The position numbers and the translations under genes are program-made. Under the pieces are notes generated by a model. The model made no database searches. It was not told where the DNA came from and worked only from the letters and a program-made list of their open reading frames with translations. Of a DNA stretch of 64,000 nt, positions 48,301 through 60,666 are shown piece after piece (within the stretch, counting starts at the first letter, position 1; each line of letters begins with the position of its first letter). Source of the stretch: a bacterium (lineage in GTDB: Bacteria; Electryoneota; Electryoneia; Electryoneales; Electryoneaceae). The stretch covers positions 4,096,001 to 4,160,000 of the forward strand of contig OY769902.1 in assembly GCA_963669175.1 (NCBI GenBank), read 5' to 3'.

Positions 48301-50005
48301 GTTATCGCTGCCTTATGAGGATACGGTCAGTGTCCGCTTCGGCATCAGTGATAACGAGGAACCGTCCAATGACGCGATCCTCGTGTATGAGCTGTTTACC
48401 GAGCCGGATGAATACCCGCCCTACCTGACCAATTTGAGCCCGTATCCGGGACAGATCGGCGTATCTCGTGGCGCGGATATCGTGTTCCATGTTCTGGACG
48501 CCGGGGTTGGTGTGGCGCGTGATTCGCTGCATCTCGCCATTGATGGAATCGCCGTAGCCAATGAGAACATCTACTGGGAAGAGGTTGAACAGGGATATGC
48601 TTTCCGTTACAATCCGCCTGGTCTGTTCGGTCATACGGATACAGTGCATGTATCCGTGACCTGCTATGACCTGGCAACCTCACACAACCGTATGGATGAA
48701 TCTTACTGGTTTGTCACGCTCCGAGATGACCGTGAACCTCCCTACATGGAAGAGGAACAACCGGCTGATTCTTCCGGAGGTGTATCACCAGATATTATCC
48801 TCAGTTTCGACCTGAAGGATGACGGCGAAGGTGTCGATACCAGCTATACTACAATCCAGAACATGGACGATCCCCTCTGGATAGCGACACGTGAAGTAAC
48901 ACCTATCATCAACGGTTTCCACTATGTGCTGGCCCCGGCAACCGATTTCCTGTACAGCGATACGGTGACGATCGGCGTGAACGCTCGTGATCTTGCAGAA
49001 CCGGCGAATGTGACACCGAATCCGTTGACATTCTCTTTCTACACCCAGTTGGATGACGCTTCCCCCTTCTTTACCGAGCTGCAACCTGCGCCGGACTCTA
49101 GTATTACCTATAACCGTCCAGTCAGCTTTGAAGTTATCGATATGCTCGCCGGGGTTGACACATCCGATGTCCACATCTTCATTGATTCGGAAGAAATCAC
49201 GAATAACAGTGACGATTACGAAATCCTTATCGAGGAAACAGCCGACGGCTGGCGGTATACCTATACGCCGTACGATGGTTGGAATGTGAGCACAACCTAT
49301 TCTGTGACGCTTTCCGCTGCCGACTATTCCAATATTCGCAACGAGATCGATTCAACCTACCAGTTTGAGGTCATTCCTGACCTGGTCGCGCCGTATGTAA
49401 ATAGTTTTGCGATTGTCCGACTGGTTAACGATACTCTTGCTGTGGTTGACAGCACCAGCATCACCCTTGACGATTACCTCTATTTCGAAGTGCTGGATGA
49501 CGGCATCGGGGTAGATGCGAATTCGATCCGTCTCGAACTGGGCGGACGTAACGCCCCGGAACCAGTTCTTACCCAGGAGCTGGAAACCGGTTACTATCGT
49601 GTGTACCGATTGAGCGACTGGAATTCTGTCGGTCCACAGTACCTATTCCCCGGCCAGCAGGTGCAGGCATATATCAGCGCTCGCGACCTGTCGGTTCCGG
49701 AAAACACGCTGACTCGTGACAAGCATACGTTCTATATTCCACCTCCCGATGTGGAGCTGCTGGTCATTCCAACGACCATTACTCCGAACGGTGACGGTGT
49801 CTGGGATGAAGCGCTGATCTATCATAAGGGATCTTCATCGGCTTCCGTGGATTTCTTCGACATGCGCGGGCGTAAAGTTGCTACAGTCCAGGGCAACCCG
49901 GCAAGCTGGAACGGCAACGATGACAGCGGCGAACCCGTACCGGGTGGATTATACATCTTCCAGGTCAGCGGCGGTGGCCAGGGCACAATTGCGGTGGCAC
50001 GATGA
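45335..50005 (+). CDS. Giant secreted FG-GAP (integrin-alpha-like propeller) and Ig-repeat protein with type-B-like T9SS CTD
   Basis: Signal peptide; GD.NGDG..D..IGAP repeats; nine D..PP...P.PG...D.G.GVD Ig-like modules; CTD IPTTITPNGDGVWD...FDMRGRKV...WNG...GLYIFQV; ATGA overlap with motB. Confidence 0.85.
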   Translation: MKRVRWHLFLLLFLPLCTFAQSRIDLSPWPGNMAWFGEGTQRVGVAIASGDMNGDGLWDVAISAPGTRNNSGDVYVFLGDGVTFDSVRFDNPAAEANLVIEGTAGLQIGVKLVMGDLNGDGRDDLVIGAPHADDSRGRVWVIFGSASPSGTVTEPDVEIFGSADGDHCGRAIGITNIGDDAYNDIVIGSPNADPRQRDSAGRVDVIAGRASWPENISLSTQASTVTVFGGQTGEQLGEAISVCPIFQGTLLGNNLNGDGYGDLIIGAPGRTYAGRTGAGAVHIFVTPESLADTVDLTTDNVPLLQDYRQLGGAQTLDLTGRAIASFNTTGIRGVLIGAPAALQDGVRGGAFYYITWDEINTAAPWADLRQATYFRVKFTGAAEDDSLGAAVAGIDELMMAAAPGANYRAREEAGQVVAITDNPILTGIIRVDTLDANVRHFFGAGAGHDLGRSLTIADLDDDGIFDPIMGSHSHTDYAGAVHAVRGGLPYFFNIYPAPGQGNIPSEDTLSFRISDDETGIATASFIMILDGITYNINHPGVSYEMNDGIYSFELVPEEPFDINVPINVITHITDTQGNRSPLWYYQFITGQDVTAPYPTQFSPAPGEVNVATTRDIAFSLRDAGDGVDSTTIMVVIDTDTVRQGDPEMRISGSISNYRVVINPESSLPPDAQIDVRIEAADLTEPSPNWMTPYDYFFFTSLDTIPPELVFIYPEPGVTIDVGTKINFRIIDTGSGVNADSTKILRTQQSGEEYGDLLFEAISQGYAFVHNPENNPYDSGLLQLTAQSRDLADDPNIMEDSTWSYNVIVDNRAPELTEAIPHPDSVGSARNTPITLTIMDNAAGIDSTTLQLEIDNVFIAHRNIIWERIEHLGYRITYQRSEGIYGDSVIVHLNVFDKTIPDGIELDTTYIFYPENDDEPPYFLLVDPPQGSEGVSVEDSLIWEAADDMTGIDPSSAYISINNADHSVLLRYNTHPVTQGAQYRFVYTPPLSLPYEDTVSVRFGISDNEEPSNDAILVYELFTEPDEYPPYLTNLSPYPGQIGVSRGADIVFHVLDAGVGVARDSLHLAIDGIAVANENIYWEEVEQGYAFRYNPPGLFGHTDTVHVSVTCYDLATSHNRMDESYWFVTLRDDREPPYMEEEQPADSSGGVSPDIILSFDLKDDGEGVDTSYTTIQNMDDPLWIATREVTPIINGFHYVLAPATDFLYSDTVTIGVNARDLAEPANVTPNPLTFSFYTQLDDASPFFTELQPAPDSSITYNRPVSFEVIDMLAGVDTSDVHIFIDSEEITNNSDDYEILIEETADGWRYTYTPYDGWNVSTTYSVTLSAADYSNIRNEIDSTYQFEVIPDLVAPYVNSFAIVRLVNDTLAVVDSTSITLDDYLYFEVLDDGIGVDANSIRLELGGRNAPEPVLTQELETGYYRVYRLSDWNSVGPQYLFPGQQVQAYISARDLSVPENTLTRDKHTFYIPPPDVELLVIPTTITPNGDGVWDEALIYHKGSSSASVDFFDMRGRKVATVQGNPASWNGNDDSGEPVPGGLYIFQVSGGGQGTIAVAR

Positions 50006-51453
50006 GAAGGCGTGGATTATCAAGAGGCCTGCAAGTCCTGATCAGCGTTTCACTGCTGGTTCTGCTGTTCTCCGCCCTGCCGACTCATGCGGCGTTTGAA
50101 GTGCTTCCGGGTAAACGTGCAACCGCGCTAGGCGGCGCTGTAGTGGCATCCGGCGGCGATCCGATGGGCTTCTACATCAATCCAGCCTCGATTGCCTGGG
50201 GCACAGTCACCTCGGTTGAAACCTTCTACATGAAGCCATTCTGGGGACTCGACGGCGATGCGCTGTCACGTTCGGCGATAAGCGGTTACGGCAGCCTCGG
50301 CGACTGGGGCGCTATCGCGCTTGGTTATGACCAGTTCGGCAGCGATCTATATAGTGAAAACCGTACGCTGTTGAGCTATGCCCGTAAACTCACGATGTAC
50401 GAACGCATGTTCACCGTGGGCGTTTCGCTTGAATTCCTGGGCCGCAAATATGCCGAGACAGAATATACCGCCATCGACCCGCTGTTCATTGAATATGGCT
50501 ATTCCAAGCGTTCTGTAGGTATCGACATCGGCATGCAGATGCGCCTGACCTCACGTATGACTGCGGGGCTGGCAATCCGTCGTATCAACAAACCGAACCA
50601 GGCGCTGGAAGACGGTGTGGATGATCCGCTGCCCCGTGAAATCCAGGCGGGTGTATCCATGCGCTTCACCCGTTTCATGCTGTATACGGATATTGAGTAC
50701 CGCGACCGTTCGCTCAACGGTGCAGACGTTTCGCCTCGACTGGGCGTAGAATTTCCGCTGTTCAACAATGCGCTGCACTTGCGTGGCGGCGGCAACCGAG
50801 ACGAAGTTGCGCTTGGCTTCGGGCTGAATATCTGGAAACACGACAGCGAAAAGAGCTACATGAGCAGTGCGGATGAGTCCGGCGCTCGTGAACGCAGGCG
50901 CGATATCAAAAACGCCACTTTGCGTGTCGGGTATACGTTCCGCTTCCCTATCGGAGGTGTGAGCGGCACTATCGGCCACCATATGCTGGGTATCGATTTT
51001 TACTTCGAACGGAAGCGTACGGTAATGGAACGGGTGCGTCAACCGCGTCCGGTCCAGGTGCCCCAGATTATCGTGGAAACGGATACGGTGCTGGTCGAGA
51101 AACCGGTGCTGGTGCATGAATTCGTTGAAGACACCAGCAAGGTGGAACTGCTCGAGGCCCGGATCACCGACCTTGAATCACAGCTTTCCCAACTGGTAAA
51201 CATGAACACGGCCATCCGTGAAGTGGAAATCGCTCAACGCCTGTTCTTGCAGAAAAACTACCAGGAAGCCCTGAATGCCTGCGACCGTGCCACCCGCCTC
51301 GTCCCCACACTGGCCCTCGCCTGGGTACAGAAAGGCTCGATCTACTACGCTATGGGACGCTACGGCGATGCCCGGACCGCGTGGAACCGAAGCCTGCGCC
51401 TCGATCCGAAACGGGATGATGTGAGGCAGTATTTGAAGCAGTTGCCGGAGTAA
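50002..51453 (+). CDS. PorP/SprF- or PorV-like outer-membrane barrel with C-terminal coiled coil and TPRs
   Basis: RATALGGAVVA...YINPA; GLAIRRINKPN; amphipathic strands; C-terminal TPRs (AWVQKGSIYYAMG); ATGA overlap with the upstream gene. Confidence 0.75.
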   Translation: MRRRGLSRGLQVLISVSLLVLLFSALPTHAAFEVLPGKRATALGGAVVASGGDPMGFYINPASIAWGTVTSVETFYMKPFWGLDGDALSRSAISGYGSLGDWGAIALGYDQFGSDLYSENRTLLSYARKLTMYERMFTVGVSLEFLGRKYAETEYTAIDPLFIEYGYSKRSVGIDIGMQMRLTSRMTAGLAIRRINKPNQALEDGVDDPLPREIQAGVSMRFTRFMLYTDIEYRDRSLNGADVSPRLGVEFPLFNNALHLRGGGNRDEVALGFGLNIWKHDSEKSYMSSADESGARERRRDIKNATLRVGYTFRFPIGGVSGTIGHHMLGIDFYFERKRTVMERVRQPRPVQVPQIIVETDTVLVEKPVLVHEFVEDTSKVELLEARITDLESQLSQLVNMNTAIREVEIAQRLFLQKNYQEALNACDRATRLVPTLALAWVQKGSIYYAMGRYGDARTAWNRSLRLDPKRDDVRQYLKQLPE

Positions 51454-51545
51454 ACCCGAATATACTGTATATTAAAATTTCTTCCTCGATTATCCTTGCG
51501 ACAGTTTCCTATCGTATTTATCTTTAGTTAGAGGAGGGTGAATTC

Positions 51546-52256
51546 ATGTGTCCAGTAGTCCACAGAAACCTTGGGATGTATACTGTAAGCGAAATACAAC
51601 GGCTTACAGGAGTACATTATAATGCCCTATATTACTGGATTCGTGGATATACTCGTAATGATATTAAAGTCGCTCAACCAGTTATTTTGCCTCAATATGA
51701 TATCCTTGAAGATAAATATCTACTTGGATTTTACAACCTTATTGAAATTCGAATAGTCAAGAAATTGCGAGAATTGGGAGTATCGCTAGATGCGATAAGA
51801 ACAGCAAATAAAAAAGCACAAGATTATTTTAAAATTCCTCATCCTTTTGCAAGTGAGAAAATTAAGATTAAAACGGACATGAGATCAATTTTTGTTGATG
51901 CCGGAGAAGAAGAAGAAGATAACATTTTGCTAAATTTAGTTAGCGATGAATATAATATGGGAACAATAATTAAAACTTATCTACGCGACATTGATGTTAA
52001 TGCAGAGAAAATGGCAAGCAAATGGTGGCCTTTATCAAAAGAAAAGACAATTGTTTTAGACCCAAATTTCAATAATGGGAAACCAATAGTAGCTAAGCAT
52101 CTTGTTCCTACAGAGGTTCTTTACAATGTTTACCAAGCCGAGGGCGCTAATGAAGACGCAGCTGAATTTGTAGCTGATTTATATCGTGTATCGCTGAAAA
52201 ATATGCTACATACTATTGAATTTGAGGAATCTTTCACCAGGAGAAAGGCTTCGTGA
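51546..52256 (+). CDS. Putative antitoxin, HTH plus DUF433 (VapB45-like)
   Basis: N-terminal HTH (YTVSEIQRLTGV...YYWIRG); F.NLIEIR; IVLDP.FNNGKPIV; AT-rich; GGAGG RBS. Confidence 0.75.
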   Translation: MCPVVHRNLGMYTVSEIQRLTGVHYNALYYWIRGYTRNDIKVAQPVILPQYDILEDKYLLGFYNLIEIRIVKKLRELGVSLDAIRTANKKAQDYFKIPHPFASEKIKIKTDMRSIFVDAGEEEEDNILLNLVSDEYNMGTIIKTYLRDIDVNAEKMASKWWPLSKEKTIVLDPNFNNGKPIVAKHLVPTEVLYNVYQAEGANEDAAEFVADLYRVSLKNMLHTIEFEESFTRRKAS

Positions 52257-52678
52257 AAATATTTCTTGATAAACACATTCCTATATCCTATTGCGAGTGT
52301 ATTAAAAAGTCATTTCAAATGAAGGGGTATTTCGTTTATCATTATACGGAGATGTTTGTATCAAGCGAGCGTGATGATGATGATTGGCTGCTACATCTTT
52401 CGCAGGAAGGTGATTGGATTGCAATTACAGCCGATTTAAATATTTATCGGACACCTCATAGAAAGCGATACTGGAAAGAAGCAAATGTTCAGACTTTCTT
52501 TTTACCGAAGGGCTATACTGGTTTAGGATCGATGTTCATGCTTACTAATTTAATGTGTTGGATCAATAAAATTATCAAAATTGCTGAAAATAAAAATTCT
52601 GAGAGAGGCTACTACATAACGAAGCATGGCGTTTTTTACAATATTAATACTGTCACAAAACGGAATGCTCCCAGATAA
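52253..52678 (+). CDS. PIN-like toxin (VapC45-like)
   Basis: MKIFLD..I, DDDWL, WIAITAD.NI; GTGA overlap with the upstream gene. Confidence 0.75.
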   Translation: MKIFLDKHIPISYCECIKKSFQMKGYFVYHYTEMFVSSERDDDDWLLHLSQEGDWIAITADLNIYRTPHRKRYWKEANVQTFFLPKGYTGLGSMFMLTNLMCWINKIIKIAENKNSERGYYITKHGVFYNINTVTKRNAPR

Positions 52679-52745
52679 CTTTTACAATTTCCTCTCCTCT
52701 TTACCATCCAGTTTTTCGTCTTAATGCTTCTTACCTGAGGACTCC

Positions 52746-53255
52746 ATGGACACCCTGACCGCCATACATACACGCCGCAGCATTCGTTCGTTTACTGGGG
52801 AAATCGTCCCGGACGAAACGATGGAAATCCTGTTGGCTGCCGCGATGACCGCTCCTTCCGCCGGGAACGCGCAGCCGTGGGAATTTGTCGTGATACGCGA
52901 TACGGAAAAGCTGAAAGCAGTCGGTGAGTTTCATCATCATGCGAAATTCGCGTTGGCTGCCGGGCAGGCGGTGCTGGTGTGTGCGGACACGTCACGCGAG
53001 AAATATCCCGGACGGTGGATGCTGGACTGTTCCGCCGCGATTCAGAACCTTCTATTGGCAGCACGGACGAACGGTTTGGGCGCATGCTGGTGCGGATTGT
53101 ATCCCGTGGAAAGCCGGATGGAAGGTGCGCGTAAGCTGGTCGGCGCTCCCGATCACATCATGCCGGTCGCGATTGTTCCGGTTGGATTCACCGATAAGAA
53201 ACAGGAAGTGAAACAGCGCTTCAATCCTGCGTTCGTTCATCATGATAAGTGGTAG
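52746..53255 (+). CDS. Nitroreductase family protein
   Basis: RRSIRSF, APSAGNAQPWEF, QNLLLAA...GLGACW. Confidence 0.95.
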   Translation: MDTLTAIHTRRSIRSFTGEIVPDETMEILLAAAMTAPSAGNAQPWEFVVIRDTEKLKAVGEFHHHAKFALAAGQAVLVCADTSREKYPGRWMLDCSAAIQNLLLAARTNGLGACWCGLYPVESRMEGARKLVGAPDHIMPVAIVPVGFTDKKQEVKQRFNPAFVHHDKW

Positions 53256-53337
53256 CGTCTTTATTACACCCATAGGGCTAATTGCCCAATGACTTAGCCT
53301 GGTCGAGTAGCTAGGATTAAAACTGGGCATAACACGA

Positions 53338-53362
53338 GAATCCGGCCATTATAGCCGGATTC
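53338..53362. terminator. Hairpin between convergent genes
   Basis: GAATCCGGC-cattata-GCCGGATTC. Confidence 0.55.
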
Positions 53363-53394
53363 CCTTTATTCGAAAAACAGTCTTCTTTTCCAGT

Positions 53395-54546
53395 CTATTG
53401 CTTCGAAAGCTGATCTACCAGTTGCGGGATACGAGTTTCCGCATCCTGCATACTGCTTTTCGCCTCTTCCAAAAGCCGGGTAACTTCAGGAATCATGTAC
53501 GCATCACGTTTGATAAAGTGTACGCTGAGTTCCGCTTTCAAATCTTCAGCTTGCCCCTGCAACATGCGGGCAGAAGTTTCAGAGCGCAGCATCAACGACA
53601 TCAGCTCGCCACGGTCATTGAAATCCAGCTCGCCGCCGGTTTCCATCAAACGCAGCACTTCTTCGAGCACCTTTACAGCGCCCTGTACCACAGCCACATC
53701 AAGAAAGAACTGGTCATACTGTTCTTTGCCCGAGCGAGCGTAATAAATAGGTTCGCTGCCTATGATGGTAGTGGCGTCTGCGCTGCCCACCTTAATCGAA
53801 CCAATCTCAAGATAACGTGATTTCAGTTTCTTTTCCCTGACGCTCTTTCCTCCGCCACCACTCCCCTTCTTGCTATACCAGATGCTGGCCCCGGCAAGGC
53901 CATCAGGGTAGCCACAGTCGGTGAGGCAATAGGAAAGACCTGCGTTCAGGGCCATCCCGCTCCAGTTGAAATAATCATCACTGGACGTAGCATAACGATA
54001 ACTGGCATCAAACGTCATATTAAAACGCGAAGAAATAATGAACTGCACTTCAAGGGTCGGCAGAAAACCATAACCATTAGCGGTGCTGGAAGTGGTTACA
54101 GATACGCCGCTAGTGACCAATGTCGTTTCAACATTGTTCATGTACAGGTCAAGCCCGGTACCGGCATAAAACCTGAACATATCTGTCCTGTAAAAATTGT
54201 AAAGCAGTAATGATTCAACATTGTTTGCAGCCAGCTTTCTTTCTATTGAATTGTTACCCGTGAATTCGCCTTTATAGTCTACGGCAAGGCTACGGAAATA
54301 CAGCCCATAAATGAAATGATCTGAGAGGAAGAACCGAAGACCGCCGCCAAATGACATGCCCCCGTCCAGATCATCTATTGTCCACCCCATCGTTTTCTTG
54401 TGTTCAATATCATCTTTTATATCCGGAAAGGCATACGTATTGGTCCCTGCATGTGCATTCAGTTCTACGCGGATTCTTGCTTCACTCGAAGATGATAATC
54501 CAAGTAATACCATCACCAATAGTGCTACCACAGTCCTTTTCATCAT
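53395..54546 (-). CDS. Outer-membrane beta-barrel protein with C-terminal helical domain
   Basis: Signal peptide; about 200 aa of amphipathic strands ending LNAGLSY; Gly/Lys linker; helical tail. Confidence 0.6.
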   Translation of the reverse strand: MMKRTVVALLVMVLLGLSSSSEARIRVELNAHAGTNTYAFPDIKDDIEHKKTMGWTIDDLDGGMSFGGGLRFFLSDHFIYGLYFRSLAVDYKGEFTGNNSIERKLAANNVESLLLYNFYRTDMFRFYAGTGLDLYMNNVETTLVTSGVSVTTSSTANGYGFLPTLEVQFIISSRFNMTFDASYRYATSSDDYFNWSGMALNAGLSYCLTDCGYPDGLAGASIWYSKKGSGGGGKSVREKKLKSRYLEIGSIKVGSADATTIIGSEPIYYARSGKEQYDQFFLDVAVVQGAVKVLEEVLRLMETGGELDFNDRGELMSLMLRSETSARMLQGQAEDLKAELSVHFIKRDAYMIPEVTRLLEEAKSSMQDAETRIPQLVDQLSKQ

Positions 54547-54659
54547 CGCCCCAACTCCCCTTTTGGGTTTTTCCTGCAGGCGTGTACATTCCCTCCCCAA
54601 TCATCAATTACCCGTCGCTGTACACGATCCAGTAATGAATACGAAAAGTACAAAAAAAT

Positions 54660-54685
54660 GGGCTGTTCAACAGGTTGAACAGCCC
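54660..54685 (-). terminator. Intrinsic terminator downstream of nifJ
   Basis: GGGCTGTTCAA-cagg-TTGAACAGCCC followed by a T7 run on the minus strand. Confidence 0.85.
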
Positions 54686-54726
54686 AAAGAATTGACAATA
54701 TGTGAGCCTTCCGCTCGAGGAGTCTT

Positions 54727-58302
<3,576 letters not shown>

Positions 58303-59075
58303 TTCTGTCTTTCTCCCGTATCGTTTCCGGGGCACGGCGGCCCCACTATTCGTGTCCGTACCGCTAGGACGCACCTCTCCTCTTGTGAAAGGAAACACAA
58401 TATCGCAAAGTTCAAGCCTAAGTTCAAGGAAGTATTATGTTAGGAGTGTATAATCTGTTAGAATAAATGTGGTTAGAACAGTAGGTTGGAGTGTTGCTAT
58501 CCTCCTCTCGAGGAGGGATTAGCCACCTCAAAACAAACCTGTGAAGTGAGACATCCAATTTATAGTGTTTTCCTGGATTTCGTTTATAACAGGATATGGC
58601 TTCATATAGGTGTTCTGATTCAGAAATCGTCCTTCAGATGGATCTCTTTATCCAACTCCTTCGGAGTAGAAAAAGGTTGGAATTCTTAACACGGACTGCC
58701 CACCAAACAGACAGCGCGTACCCTGGGCTCACTTATTGTACTCCTGCGAAGTATTCAATGGATCAGTAAAACCGCGTTGTACCAAAAGGCTCAATAATCC
58801 TGTGGAGTACCCAATGGATCAGTGCAACCTGCGAAGTACACCAAACACCTGCGAAACACTTATAAGACAGATATTCAAGAACGATAAAGCGTAGGAAAAC
58901 TGGCACATATCTTGGGTACTTAAAACACCAGCGTCCCCATTGCGGGAACCTTTGAGACTTGATTTGCAATACACATCCTCTTTTCATCTACATTGGTCAT
59001 ATCGTTTGTCCTATTCTTCGCCTTACCTTATGCATCCATTCAATCTTCGGTTTCATCATGGTTCTGGGGGGATTC

Positions 59076-60563
59076 ATGCATCGTTGGGCTATTGGGTTTC
59101 TGCTGATCATAGGTATTTCCTGCTTTCTGGTCGGATGTAAGGATGAGGATGGCGGCTGTGTCTATCCAAACGAATCAGGGCCGGTAGACATCACCATCAT
59201 TTACACCACCGACGAACACGGTTGGATGGAACCAGCGGGCGACTATGCCGGTGCGGCGGGCATGATGGCGATGTGGGACCAGTCGATCACGAATCCGGCA
59301 CACACCCTGATCCTCAGCGGCGGAGACAACTGGACCGGCCCGGCGATATCGACATGGTTCAACGGACGCTCCATGATACAGGTCATGAACGCCATGAACT
59401 ATAATGCCACCACGTTCGGCAACCACGAGTTCGACTGCACTCCAGACACCATGATCGCACGTGTCCAGCAGGCCGATTTCACCTTCCTCGCGGCCAATCT
59501 GAAGAGCGTGACGACGGATACCATCCCCAGCTTCGCTCAAGCATACAAAATCTGGGATATCGAAGGTGTGAAGGTTGGGGTCATGGGGTTGGCCAATGCT
59601 GAGACGGCGTCCATGGAAAACGTCACCGAGTTCACCTTCGGACCCTATAACGAAGCCCTGAATACGTACACTCCCCTGATGATGGCGGAAGGCGTGGATA
59701 TTCCACTCTTGATCACACACGTCCCCTTCGAGGAGATTCAGGCCGATTCCGCGCTGATCAGTGAATTGGGCTATCACTTCGTCGGCTGCGGGCACAGCCA
59801 CGAACATCATGACGCCGTATTCGGCAACACCATTTACGCCCAACCACTGAAATTCATGGAAGAATACGCGGAAGTGTCCATCATTTGGGATATGGGCACA
59901 AGCGATGTGACTCTCAAGAATATAACCTTCTTCACCAACACTACTTCGGACAGTGATTCGACCATTTGTGCAATCGTGGACTACTGGCAGGCGCAGACTG
60001 ATTCAGCGCTTGGAAAGGAGATCGGCTACCTGCAGGACAGCTTATCCTGGAACAGTCCCGCCCTGGCGAATATGTTCTTTGATTCCTGGCTGATCGTGGA
60101 GGAAGATGCCGATATCGCGTTGAGTAATGTCGGCAGCATACGTACCGGGATAAATGCAGGCCCGATCACACTGGAAGAAATCGTAGCCATGGCGCCCTAT
60201 GACAACACCCTGACCATGCTGACTGTTACCGGCGATTCTTTGATCGCCTTTATCGAGCGTAATGACATGTACCTTGGCGGCATGAGCGCGGTGGGCGGCT
60301 ATCACCTGCTGAATGGGAACGCCATCGTGGACAGCCTCGAGTACAAGGTCGTCACCACCGACTACCTGTATACGTCCGATATGTCACAGATGGACCCGAA
60401 TGGTTACAACACAGGCATGGCATGGCGTGAACCGCTGATTTCCTGGATACAGTCCTTGAACACTACGGAGGATTCGCCCCTGGACCAGCATCTGGACTAT
60501 ACCGCGCGGACTGATACAACGTATCTGGTTCTGCCAAAACTGTTCGAGCATCATCAGCGTTGA
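59076..60563 (+). CDS. 5'-nucleotidase / bifunctional metallophosphatase lipoprotein
   Basis: Lipobox LVGC; TDEHG, GGDNWTG, GNHEFD, GHSH; C-terminal N.GSIR...PYDN domain. Confidence 0.9.
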   Translation: MHRWAIGFLLIIGISCFLVGCKDEDGGCVYPNESGPVDITIIYTTDEHGWMEPAGDYAGAAGMMAMWDQSITNPAHTLILSGGDNWTGPAISTWFNGRSMIQVMNAMNYNATTFGNHEFDCTPDTMIARVQQADFTFLAANLKSVTTDTIPSFAQAYKIWDIEGVKVGVMGLANAETASMENVTEFTFGPYNEALNTYTPLMMAEGVDIPLLITHVPFEEIQADSALISELGYHFVGCGHSHEHHDAVFGNTIYAQPLKFMEEYAEVSIIWDMGTSDVTLKNITFFTNTTSDSDSTICAIVDYWQAQTDSALGKEIGYLQDSLSWNSPALANMFFDSWLIVEEDADIALSNVGSIRTGINAGPITLEEIVAMAPYDNTLTMLTVTGDSLIAFIERNDMYLGGMSAVGGYHLLNGNAIVDSLEYKVVTTDYLYTSDMSQMDPNGYNTGMAWREPLISWIQSLNTTEDSPLDQHLDYTARTDTTYLVLPKLFEHHQR

Positions 60564-60600
60564 AGGACAGACCAGGCGTTAAGATTGAGCGTGTTATCAG

Positions 60601-60640
60601 AAGCAGGGACAAGCCATTGCCGGTTTATTCCTGCTTTTTG
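60601..60640 (+). terminator. Probable intrinsic terminator
   Basis: AAGCAGG...CCTGCTT stem followed by a T-run. Confidence 0.5.
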
Positions 60641-60666
60641 TTATAAAGGCAGAAATTGTGGCCGTG

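Noticed and set aside
58742-58823. Possible mini-CRISPR (26-bp repeat, 30-bp spacer)
   Set aside because: Only two imperfect copies, not palindromic, and no cas genes; kept only as a low-interest repeat.
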